From contig CAZKVQ010000008.1 of the NCBI GenBank assembly GCA_964556255.1, forward strand, positions 1,798 to 65,797: 64,000 bases of DNA. The letters are read 5' to 3'. Source of the stretch: an uncultured Actinomycetes bacterium (GTDB lineage: Bacteria > Actinomycetota > Actinomycetes > S36-B12 > UBA10799). Below are positions 9,649 through 17,759 of the stretch, one piece after another. A program made the position numbers and the translations under genes. The number at the start of each line of letters is the position of its first letter. Within the stretch, counting starts at the first letter, position 1. The notes beneath the pieces are model-generated. The model was not told where the DNA came from. It made no database searches and worked only from the letters and a program-made list of their open reading frames with translations.

Positions 9649-10845
9649 ATGACCGGCCGCGCCGCGTTCGTCTGGGACGACGAACTGCGTCACTACGACT
9701 TCGGTCCGGGCCATCCGCTGGCACCTGTCCGGGTGCAACTTGCCTACCGGCTCATCCGGGACTTCAAACTGCTCGACAACGACGACGTCGATCTGTTGGC
9801 CCCGTCGCCGTCCGCTGACGTCGTCGATCTGCTGAGGGTGCACGATCCTGCATTCATCACCGCAGTGATGGCTGCCTCGGCCGATCCGGGGGCAGCCGAC
9901 CCCTCCTTCGGCCTGGGCACCGAGGATGTGCCGGCGTTCGCCGGGATGCATGACGCCTCGCGCCACGTCTGCGGGGCGACGATGACGGCTGCTGCGGCCA
10001 TCGCGGACGGTGGCTATGACCACGCGGTGAACGTGGCGGGCGGGTTGCACCATTCCGGGCCGCGGGCGGCTAGCGGCTTCTGCGTGTACAACGACATCGG
10101 CGTGGCGATCTCCTGGCTGCTGGAGCAGGGGTACGAGCGGATCGCCTACGTCGACGTCGACGCCCATCACGGTGACGGTGTGCAGGCGATCTTCTGGGAC
10201 GAGCCAAGGGTGATGACGATCTCACTGCACGAGACCGGAAGGACCCTCTTCCCGGGTTCCGGGTTCCCGGAGGAGACCGGAGGACCGGGGGCGCTCGGTG
10301 CCTCGGTGAACGTGGCGCTGCCGCCCGGTATTGGGGACGTGGAGTGGCTGCGGGCCTTCGAGGCCGTCGTGCCAGAGGTGTTGGAAGCCTTCAATCCGCA
10401 GATCCTCGTAACCCAGCAGGGGTGTGACAGCCACACCGAGGATCCGTTGGCCCACCTGGCGCTGACGATCGACGGTCAGCGCCGCACCTACGAGTTGCTG
10501 CACGAATTCGCCCATCGGTATGCCGACGGCAAGTGGTTGGCGGTGGGCGGAGGCGGCTACGAGTGGTTGGAGGTAGTGCCGCGGGCCTGGACGCACCTGT
10601 CGGCAATCGCCTTCGGCACTCCGATCCCGAATGAGACCGAGGTCCCCGAGGCTTACGTGGAGTTCGTCCACCGCGCGCTGGGCCGCCCCACACCTGGCCG
10701 GATGACCGACGGCCGCACGATTCCCGAGGTGTGCTGGGATGCCCGCCTCAACCCGGAGGATCCCGTGGACCGGGCCATCCTGACCACCCGCCGGGCGACT
10801 TTCCCGCTCTTGGGCATCGACTTGGACGACTGGCACGGCATGTGA
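9649..10845 (+). CDS. acuC: Histone deacetylase-family enzyme (AcuC/AphA-like acetoin utilisation/acetylpolyamine deacetylase)
   Basis: Class I/II HDAC motifs GGLHHSGPRAASGFCVYND, DVDAHHGDG and GGGGY. Confidence 0.85.
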   Translation: MTGRAAFVWDDELRHYDFGPGHPLAPVRVQLAYRLIRDFKLLDNDDVDLLAPSPSADVVDLLRVHDPAFITAVMAASADPGAADPSFGLGTEDVPAFAGMHDASRHVCGATMTAAAAIADGGYDHAVNVAGGLHHSGPRAASGFCVYNDIGVAISWLLEQGYERIAYVDVDAHHGDGVQAIFWDEPRVMTISLHETGRTLFPGSGFPEETGGPGALGASVNVALPPGIGDVEWLRAFEAVVPEVLEAFNPQILVTQQGCDSHTEDPLAHLALTIDGQRRTYELLHEFAHRYADGKWLAVGGGGYEWLEVVPRAWTHLSAIAFGTPIPNETEVPEAYVEFVHRALGRPTPGRMTDGRTIPEVCWDARLNPEDPVDRAILTTRRATFPLLGIDLDDWHGM

Positions 10846-11032
10846 GCCGATGGTGGCGCACCGCGGAGTGCTGAGCGCCGGCATCGGTATCGCCCGAAGG
10901 TGCCAGTCTGGTGCCCGAAAGTGCCAAATGGCACAAAGTGCGCGCATCGACTCCGCAGCCTCACTAGGGTTGCGACGCAGCCGTGGTGGAGGGGAAGCCG
11001 TTGCGGGGCGCAGACTCGAAAGCTGGATATCG

Positions 11033-11242
11033 ATGGCGTCGGACGACACCGAGCAGGCGTTGGAGCAGGTCAGGTTCTTGACCGTGGCCGAGGTCGCGCA
11101 GATCATGCGCGTGTCCAAGATGACCGTCTACCGGTTGGTACACGCGGGTGATCTTCCGGCCGTTCGTGTGGGGCGCTCCTTTCGGGTGCCGGAGAAGGCC
11201 GTCCACGACTATTTGCGGCGTTCTTTCACCGCGGCCGGCTGA
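11033..11242 (+). CDS. Excisionase-family (MerR-like) helix-turn-helix DNA-binding protein
   Basis: FLTVAEVAQIMRVSKMTVYRLVHAGDLPAVRVGRSFRVPEKAV is a classic excisionase/Xis-type HTH. Start set to the in-frame ATG at 11033, because the upstream part of the 10850 ORF looks non-coding. Confidence 0.8.
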   Translation: MASDDTEQALEQVRFLTVAEVAQIMRVSKMTVYRLVHAGDLPAVRVGRSFRVPEKAVHDYLRRSFTAAG

Positions 11243-11354
11243 TCCGCCGGCGATCCAGCATGACTCGCCACCCCTCCGGCGACCCACGCACGGCGTCAGC
11301 CCCGTAGTCTTTGGGGGTCGGAAGTGCTGGATCTGTTGAAGGGCTGAATTCTCC

Positions 11355-11453
11355 GTGGGTTCCGTTGTCAAGAAGCGCCGCAAGCGTATGGCGAAGAAGA
11401 AGCACCGCAAACTGCTGCGCAAGACCAGGGTCCAGCGCCGTAACAAGAAGTAG
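11355..11453 (+). CDS. 30S ribosomal protein bS22 (actinobacterial small basic ribosomal protein)
   Basis: Hand-translated: GTG GGT TCC ... = [32 protein letters not shown]. This is near-identical in pattern to the mycobacterial bS22/Rv0500B-type peptide and sits in the same position after the HTH gene. It is absent from the ORF track because it is under 60 aa. Confidence 0.85.
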   Translation: MGSVVKKRRKRMAKKKHRKLLRKTRVQRRNKK

Positions 11454-11520
11454 TCGTAAGGTCCGGCGCCGAACCTCGCCGGCTGTCACGTGGTCCACCA
11501 CCGAATAAGGGGTAGCGACG

Positions 11521-12555
11521 ATGTCACGAGTGGTGCTTGTCACCGGGGTCTCCCGCCATCTGGGCGGCCGCATGGCGCGAATCCTGACCGCCGAGCCCGG
11601 GGTCTCCCGGGTGATCGGCGTGGACGTCATCCCACCGCGGGAGGACATCGGCGGCGCGGAATTCGTCCGGGCGGATATCCGTAACCCGATCATTGCCAAG
11701 GTCATCCGGGCGGCCAGCGTCGACACCGTGGTTCACATGGGTGTCATCGCGACCCCGGTGCAGGCCGGTGGCCGGATGTCGATGAAGGAAATCAACGTCA
11801 TCGGCACGATGCAGTTGCTCGCGGCCTGCCAGAAGGCGCCGACGCTGCGCAAGCTCGTAGTGAAGTCGACCACCGCCGTCTACGGCGCCGGTCCCAAGGA
11901 TCCGGCGATGTTCACCGAGGAGATGGAGCCGAGGCACGCGCCGTCCTCGGGTTGGGCCAAGGACTCCATGGAGGTGGGCGGCTATGTCCGCGGCTTCGCC
12001 CGCCGCCGACCCGACGTGCTCGTGACCAAACTGCGGTTCGCCAACTTCCTCGGACCCACCGTCGACACCCCGATGGCCGCATACTTCTCGTTGCCGGTGA
12101 TCCCGACGGTGCTCGGGTACGACGCCAGGCTGCAGTTCATCCATGAGGATGACGGGTTGGAGGCGCTGCGGATGGTGACCTCCGAGGATCATCCCGGCAC
12201 GTTCAACATCGCCGGCGATGGCGTCCTGCTGCTGTCCCAGGCCGCCCGCCGCGCCGGGCGTCCGATCTGGCCGATCGCCCGGCCGATGGTGCCGTTCGTG
12301 GGGGCGATGGTGCGCCGCGCCGGATTGGCGGACTTCTCACCGGAGCAGGTGCGCTTCCTCACCTACGGTCGGGGCGTCGATACCTCCCGGATGCGTGACG
12401 TGTTGGGCTTCTTCCCACAACACACAACGGTCGAGACGTTCGACGAGTTCGTGCGCGCGCGAGATCTCAACCGAGTGTTGCCGCCGGAACGGGTGGAGTC
12501 GGTGGAGAATCGGATCGTGAGCCTGTTCGCAGGAAAGGGTGCCGTCAATGCCTAA
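11521..12555 (+). CDS. NAD-dependent epimerase/dehydratase family protein
   Basis: N-terminal Rossmann motif VLVTGVSRHLGG and SDR-extended family length. Syntenic with the remembered mycobacterial galE2-like gene that follows bS22. Confidence 0.8.
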   Translation: MSRVVLVTGVSRHLGGRMARILTAEPGVSRVIGVDVIPPREDIGGAEFVRADIRNPIIAKVIRAASVDTVVHMGVIATPVQAGGRMSMKEINVIGTMQLLAACQKAPTLRKLVVKSTTAVYGAGPKDPAMFTEEMEPRHAPSSGWAKDSMEVGGYVRGFARRRPDVLVTKLRFANFLGPTVDTPMAAYFSLPVIPTVLGYDARLQFIHEDDGLEALRMVTSEDHPGTFNIAGDGVLLLSQAARRAGRPIWPIARPMVPFVGAMVRRAGLADFSPEQVRFLTYGRGVDTSRMRDVLGFFPQHTTVETFDEFVRARDLNRVLPPERVESVENRIVSLFAGKGAVNA

Positions 12556-13522
12556 TGCGCGAGTCATCCCGATCGACGGCGACGATCGCGGTCCCGACCG
12601 CCGACGGCGGGGCGGAGAATCCGCGTTACCGGTGGACGAGGCGGATGTGTTCCTGAGCCCCGACGAGTACGGCGACGAAGGTGTCGGGTTCGCGGAGCGG
12701 GTCAGTGATGCGTTGGCGTTCCTGCGCCGCCGCATCACCGGCGAGTACTTCGTGGACGACTTCGGCTTCGACCCCGAACTCACCGACCGGGTGCTGCTGG
12801 CGCCGGCACGCCCGTTGTACTCCAAGTACTTCCGGGTGGAGACCCGTGGTCTGGAGAACGTGCCCGACAGCGGTGGTGCGCTGGTGGTGGCCAACCATTC
12901 CGGCACGATCGCGCTGGACGCCGTGATGACGCAGCTGGCCCTGCTCGACCACCATCCCGCGCATCGGCACCTGCGCATGCTGGGCGCCAACCTGGTGTTC
13001 TCCACCCCGTTCGTCGGCGAACTCTCGCGGAAGGGCGGCAACACCCTCGCCTGCGCACCAGATGCGGAGCGCCTGCTCTCCAGCGGCGAACTGGTAGGGG
13101 TTTGGCCCGAGGGCTACAAGGGCATCGGCAAGCCCTACAGCGAGCGCTACAAACTGCAGCGGTTCGGTCGCGGCGGTTTCGTCGCCGCTGCGCTGCGCAC
13201 GAAGACACCGATCGTCCCGTGCGCCATCGTCGGCGCCGAGGAGATCTACCCGATCATCGGGAATTCCAAGGTCATCGCCCGCATGCTGGGCGTGCCGTAC
13301 TTCCCGCTCACCCCGACGTTCCCGTGGCTGGGACCGCTCGGCCTGATCCCGATGCCCTCGAAGTGGATCATCGAGTTCGGCGAGCCGATCAGGACCGACG
13401 ATTTCCCCCATGGCGCGGCCGACGACCCCATGTTGGTCTTCAATCTGACCGATCAGGTGCGCGAGAACATCCAGCAGACGCTGTACCGGCTACTGGTGCA
13501 ACGGCGCTCCGTCTTCCGGTAG
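12548..13522 (+). CDS. Lysophospholipid (1-acyl-glycerol-3-phosphate-type) acyltransferase
   Basis: PlsC-like acyltransferase pattern (VVANHSG..D, VWPEGYKG, PIVPCAIVGAEE). The ATG at 12548 lies 8 nt after AGGAAAGGG. The track start is GTG 12539. Confidence 0.8.
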   Translation: MPNARVIPIDGDDRGPDRRRRGGESALPVDEADVFLSPDEYGDEGVGFAERVSDALAFLRRRITGEYFVDDFGFDPELTDRVLLAPARPLYSKYFRVETRGLENVPDSGGALVVANHSGTIALDAVMTQLALLDHHPAHRHLRMLGANLVFSTPFVGELSRKGGNTLACAPDAERLLSSGELVGVWPEGYKGIGKPYSERYKLQRFGRGGFVAAALRTKTPIVPCAIVGAEEIYPIIGNSKVIARMLGVPYFPLTPTFPWLGPLGLIPMPSKWIIEFGEPIRTDDFPHGAADDPMLVFNLTDQVRENIQQTLYRLLVQRRSVFR

Positions 13523-13564
13523 GTCCGCAGTCGGCTGTTGCGGGCCTGTGCGAGACTTCTGGCT

Positions 13565-15061
13565 GTGGGAGCCAACCTCGCCGATCTCGTCACCGAATCG
13601 GCCGCGCGCACGCCGGGCGCGCCCGCCATCATCTGCGCTGATCGCACCACCTCCTGGTCTGAGCTGGAGCACCTCGTGCGGGCCGTCGCCGGGGGTCTGC
13701 GGGAACGCGGTCTGGAGCGCGGAGCGCGGGTCGGGATCCTGCTCTCGAACAGCCTGGAATTCGTCACCTCGTATTTCGGGGTGCTGCGCGCCGGCCTCGT
13801 AGCGGTCCCGATCAACAGCGGCTACACGCCGTTCGAGGTCACCTACCACCTGGAGCAGTCCGGGGCCGAGTTGCTGATCGCGGACGCGTCGACTGTGACG
13901 ACTGCCCGCGAGGCCGCGGGTTCGGTCCCCATTATCACCGTCGGCACCGAGGATTGGCGACGGTTGATGGTCGGCAAGACCCCGCCGCCGCTGCTCGATA
14001 CCGACCCTGAGGAACTGGCAGTTCTCATGTTCACCTCGGGGACCTCTGGGCGGCCGAAGGGCGCCATGCTCAGCCACCGGGCACTGGGCGCGAACCTCGA
14101 CCAGACAACAGCGTTGGACAACCCGCCGGCGCTGCTGCCCGAGGATGTCCTGCTGCTGATCCTGCCGCTGTTCCACGTCTATGCACTCAATGGTGGTCTC
14201 GGCCTGCTCGCCAAGGTGGGCGCCACCGCCGTCCTCACCGACCGATTCGATCCACAACTCACGTTGGACATGGTGCGCAAGTACCACGTCTCGGTGGTTG
14301 CCACCGCCCCGCCCGTTTACCAGGCGTGGCTTGAGGTCGACGGCCTGGCGGATCGTCTCGCGGGGGTCCGACTGCTGGTGTCCGGCGCGGCCCCGCTGAG
14401 TGAGCAGGTGCTGGGGGCCTTCACCGAGGCGGCCGGAAAGCCCGTGTGGGAGGGCTATGGAATGACCGAGGCCAGCCCCGTCATCACCTCGACCCTGGTC
14501 ACCGGTGAGCCGCGGCCGGGTTCGGTGGGCGCGCCGCTGCCAGGGGTGGAACTCAAGCTGGTCGATGAGGGCGGCGGCGAAGTCGATGAGGGCGATCCCG
14601 GCGAGGTCGTGATCCGGGGGGCGAACCTCTTCTCGGGCTACTGGCCCGACGGCGACGACGGCCCCGACGACCAGGGGTGGTGGGCTACCTCCGACGTCGG
14701 CATCCTCGACCAACTCGGGGAGTTGCGCCTGGTCGACCGACGGAACGACCTGATCATCGTCAGTGGGTTCAACGTCTACCCGCGCGAAGTCGAGGAGATC
14801 ATCGCGCGGCTGCCGGGCGTTACCGAGGTGGCCGTGATGGGCACTGAGCACCCGTATACCGGCGAGACGGTGAAAGCCCTGGTGGTGGCCAGCGAGGACG
14901 TGACCAGTGACGCCGTGATCGAGTTCTGCCAGACCCGACTTGCGCGGTTCAAGTGCCCGACGGTGGTGGAGTTCGTGGCCACGCTTCCCCATTCCGGTAC
15001 CGGCAAGATCTCCAAGGGTGCCTTGCGGGACGTCGCTCGGCAGGTGCGCCAGACGCCGTGA
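13565..15061 (+). CDS. fadD: AMP-dependent acyl-CoA synthetase (long-chain fatty acid-CoA ligase-like)
   Basis: AMP-binding motifs TSGTSGRPKG and EGYGMTE and the C-terminal GKI.K motif. The start is uncertain: GTG 13565 is used here, and the track ORF begins at TTG 13538. Confidence 0.85.
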   Translation: MGANLADLVTESAARTPGAPAIICADRTTSWSELEHLVRAVAGGLRERGLERGARVGILLSNSLEFVTSYFGVLRAGLVAVPINSGYTPFEVTYHLEQSGAELLIADASTVTTAREAAGSVPIITVGTEDWRRLMVGKTPPPLLDTDPEELAVLMFTSGTSGRPKGAMLSHRALGANLDQTTALDNPPALLPEDVLLLILPLFHVYALNGGLGLLAKVGATAVLTDRFDPQLTLDMVRKYHVSVVATAPPVYQAWLEVDGLADRLAGVRLLVSGAAPLSEQVLGAFTEAAGKPVWEGYGMTEASPVITSTLVTGEPRPGSVGAPLPGVELKLVDEGGGEVDEGDPGEVVIRGANLFSGYWPDGDDGPDDQGWWATSDVGILDQLGELRLVDRRNDLIIVSGFNVYPREVEEIIARLPGVTEVAVMGTEHPYTGETVKALVVASEDVTSDAVIEFCQTRLARFKCPTVVEFVATLPHSGTGKISKGALRDVARQVRQTP

Positions 15062-15279
15062 GGGTCACCCTGATAGGCAAGCCCGACTGCCACCTGTGTG
15101 ACGACGCACGCCTGGTAGTCGAGGCCGTCTGCCCGGAGGGCTTCGAAGAGATTTCGGTATTCGATGACCCGTCGTTGTTCGATGCCTACGCCGAACTGAT
15201 CCCGGTGGTGCTGGTCGATGGCAGGCAGGTGGCCCACTGGCGGATCACGCGGGCGGAGCTTCGCGCCGCCCTGGCCTGA
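15058..15279 (+). CDS. Glutaredoxin-like protein (thioredoxin fold, CxxC)
   Basis: VTLIGKPDCHLCDDA...LIPVVLVDG is a glutaredoxin 2/DUF836-type pattern. GTG 15058 overlaps the fadD stop codon (GTGA). It occupies the same position upstream of hemA as the remembered mycobacterial homologue. Confidence 0.75.
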   Translation: MRVTLIGKPDCHLCDDARLVVEAVCPEGFEEISVFDDPSLFDAYAELIPVVLVDGRQVAHWRITRAELRAALA

Positions 15280-15357
15280 TCAGCACGCCACCCGGATAGC
15301 CCGGGATATCCGACTCCCGCCTGATTCCGATATCCGGACATCAAATCCCGACCCGCT

Positions 15358-15386
15358 TTGAGAGTTCTTTGCCGAACTCGTAGTCT
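15358..15386 (+). promoter_or_regulatory. Candidate sigma-70-type promoter of the hem operon (TTGAGA-17 bp-TAGTCT)
   Basis: The hexamers were read directly from the sequence. They lie in the 253-bp gap upstream of hemA and would give a leader of about 140 nt. Prediction only. Confidence 0.3.
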
Positions 15387-15532
15387 GTACCGGTATCCGC
15401 CCGTTCGCGGCGGCCCCCGTGAGTGCGGAAGATCCGGAGCAGCATGACCATCAGGCAGTCTGACGCGTGCCGTCATGCGCTGCCGTCGTCGATCGCCGTT
15501 GCTTCGCCATCGCCCTTGGGGAGCCCCCCGAA

Positions 15533-16846
15533 ATGACGCTCATCGTGGTGGGCGTAAGCCACCGTTCTGCGTCCTTCGATCTCCTCGACCGGGTAGCGCT
15601 CGGAGACGACGGCGCCAAGCACCTGTTGGACACGGTTGTCGCGAGCGACCACGTGGCCGAAGCGATGGTGCTCTCGACCTGCAACCGGGTTGAGGTCTAC
15701 GCGGACGTCGATCGCTTCCACGGGGCCGTCGAGGACGTGACGGCGATGCTGGCCAAGCACGCCGGATTGCCGGTGGGCGATTTCGCGGGCTACGCCTACA
15801 TCCACTACGACGAGCGCGCGGTCCATCACATGTTCACCGTGGCCTCCGGACTCGACTCCATGGTCACCGGGGAGCAGCAGATCGTAGGACAGGTGCGCTC
15901 AGCGCTACGGCAGGCCCAGGAGTCCGGCACGGCAGGTCGGGTCATCAACGAGCTGGGCCAGACTGCCCTGCGGGTCGGCAAGCGCATCCACAGCGAGACC
16001 GGTATCGATCGCCACGGTGCCTCCGTGGTCTCGGTGGCGTTGAACCGCGCCGACGACCTGCTCGGTGGTCTGCGTGGCCGACGGGCTGCGCTCATCGGGG
16101 CCGGTGCCATGGGTGCCCTGGCCGTGAACCAGTTGTTGGCTGCCGGCGTCACCGACCTGGTGGTGATCAACAGGACACAGGGCAACGCCGAGCGCTTCCT
16201 GTCGGCCGAACTCCCCAGTGGCCTGCCGGCACCTGTGCGGCTGGCCGGGCTGGACGACCTCCGGGGAGCGATCGCAGGGGTGGACATCGTCGTCACCTGT
16301 ACTGGCGCCAGCGGCACCGTACTCTCGGCTGCCGACCTGTCACCGGCCACCCGGGTGGTCGTCGACCTGGCATTGCCGCACGATGTGGAACCTGATGTCG
16401 CGGGCGTGCCCGGGGTGGCACTCATCAATCTCGCTGCTCTTGCGTTGCTGCCGGGGCACCATTCCGCGGCCGAGGCCGCAGCTGGCCTCCTCGTCGACCA
16501 GGAGACCGATGCCTTCGTCGCAGCTCAGGCTGCTGCCTCGGTGGAGCCCGTGGTGGTATCCCTGAGGGCGCGCGCGGACGGCATCCTCGAGGACGAGGTG
16601 AAGAGGCTGCGCCTCAAGTTGCCGAACCTCGACGACGCGGGGGCCGCCGAGGTGGAGAAGGCACTTCGCAGAGCCATGTCCGCCTTGCTGCATACCCCAA
16701 CTGTCCGGATGAAGCAGTTCGCCTCGGATCCCGGTGGTGAGCGGTTCGCTGCAGCCCTGCAAGCGTTGTTCGACCTGGACCCGGCCACCGTCCAGGTGCT
16801 GTCGACGCCACCGGAGGTGCCGGGTGTCGGCGGTGCCGATGAGTGA
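15533..16846 (+). CDS. hemA: Glutamyl-tRNA reductase
   Basis: MTLIVVGVSHRSA..., the catalytic-Cys motif LSTCNRVEVY and an NADPH-binding GAGAMG. Start set to ATG 15533; the track ORF extends back to 15467. Confidence 0.93.
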   Translation: MTLIVVGVSHRSASFDLLDRVALGDDGAKHLLDTVVASDHVAEAMVLSTCNRVEVYADVDRFHGAVEDVTAMLAKHAGLPVGDFAGYAYIHYDERAVHHMFTVASGLDSMVTGEQQIVGQVRSALRQAQESGTAGRVINELGQTALRVGKRIHSETGIDRHGASVVSVALNRADDLLGGLRGRRAALIGAGAMGALAVNQLLAAGVTDLVVINRTQGNAERFLSAELPSGLPAPVRLAGLDDLRGAIAGVDIVVTCTGASGTVLSAADLSPATRVVVDLALPHDVEPDVAGVPGVALINLAALALLPGHHSAAEAAAGLLVDQETDAFVAAQAAASVEPVVVSLRARADGILEDEVKRLRLKLPNLDDAGAAEVEKALRRAMSALLHTPTVRMKQFASDPGGERFAAALQALFDLDPATVQVLSTPPEVPGVGGADE

Positions 16847-17759
16847 GCCCATCCGGGTGGCGACGCGGCGCAGCCCGCTCGCCCTAGCGCAATCCAGCCT
16901 GGTCGCCGAGCGCATCACCGCCATCACCGGACGGCCGGTCGAACTCGTGCACACAGTCACCCAGGGGGACCTGGACAGCAGCCCGCTGACCAGTATCGGC
17001 GGTGCCGGGGTGTTCGTCGCCGCGGTTCGGCAGGCGGTCATCGATGGTCACGCCGATGTCGCGGTGCACTCGTTGAAGGACCTGCCTACCGCCCCATGTG
17101 AGGGCATCGTGGTGGCCGCCGTGCCCGAGCGGGAGGATCCCAGGGATGCGCTGTGTTCTCATGGCGCCTCCCTGGCCGAGCTTCCCGCCGGCGCTCGAAT
17201 CGGTACCGGATCCCCTCGGCGTGGTGCGCAGCTGAACATTCGTCGGCCGGATTGTCAGGTCGTCGATCTGCGGGGCAATGTCGATACCCGGCTGGCACAT
17301 CTGGACTCCGACCTCGATGCGGTGCTGCTGGCGGCGGCGGGTCTGCGACGGTTGGGTCGCACCGGTGCGGTCACCGAGTACCTGGACCCCGAGGTGGTGC
17401 TGCCAGCGCCGGGTCAAGGCGCCCTCGCAGTTGAGGTGCGGTCGGATGACGAGGAACTGAACGTCGCGCTGGCGCAGTTGGACGACGCCGCGACCCGCGC
17501 CGCTGTCACTGCCGAGCGGTCTCTGTTGGCGGCCCTGGACGCCGGTTGTTCGGCGCCTGTGGGTGCCTACGCCGAAGTCACGGAACCAGGCTTCTGGGCC
17601 CCTGAAATCTTCCTTCGCGGCGGCGTATTCGCCGACGCCAAGGCGGTACGAATGTCGGTTACCGGTCCCGTTGCGGCCGCCGAGGAGTTGGGACGCGAAC
17701 TCGCCGACCAACTTCTGGCGAGCGGGGCGGCCGGTCTGTTGTCGGAGTCGAGTCTGTGA
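16839..17759 (+). CDS. hemC: Hydroxymethylbilane synthase (porphobilinogen deaminase)
   Basis: IRVATRRSPLALAQS, GNVDTRL and a cofactor Cys region GCSAPVGA. The ATG at 16839 overlaps the 3' end of hemA. Confidence 0.93.
   Translation: MSEPIRVATRRSPLALAQSSLVAERITAITGRPVELVHTVTQGDLDSSPLTSIGGAGVFVAAVRQAVIDGHADVAVHSLKDLPTAPCEGIVVAAVPEREDPRDALCSHGASLAELPAGARIGTGSPRRGAQLNIRRPDCQVVDLRGNVDTRLAHLDSDLDAVLLAAAGLRRLGRTGAVTEYLDPEVVLPAPGQGALAVEVRSDDEELNVALAQLDDAATRAAVTAERSLLAALDAGCSAPVGAYAEVTEPGFWAPEIFLRGGVFADAKAVRMSVTGPVAAAEELGRELADQLLASGAAGLLSESSL

Noticed and set aside
10850-11032. N-terminal 61 aa of the 130-aa ORF containing the excisionase-type HTH
   Set aside because: The upstream portion is Arg/Gly/Ala-rich and covers the GTGCC repeat array. 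Homologues as I remember them are about 70-80 aa, so the ATG at 11033 is preferred.
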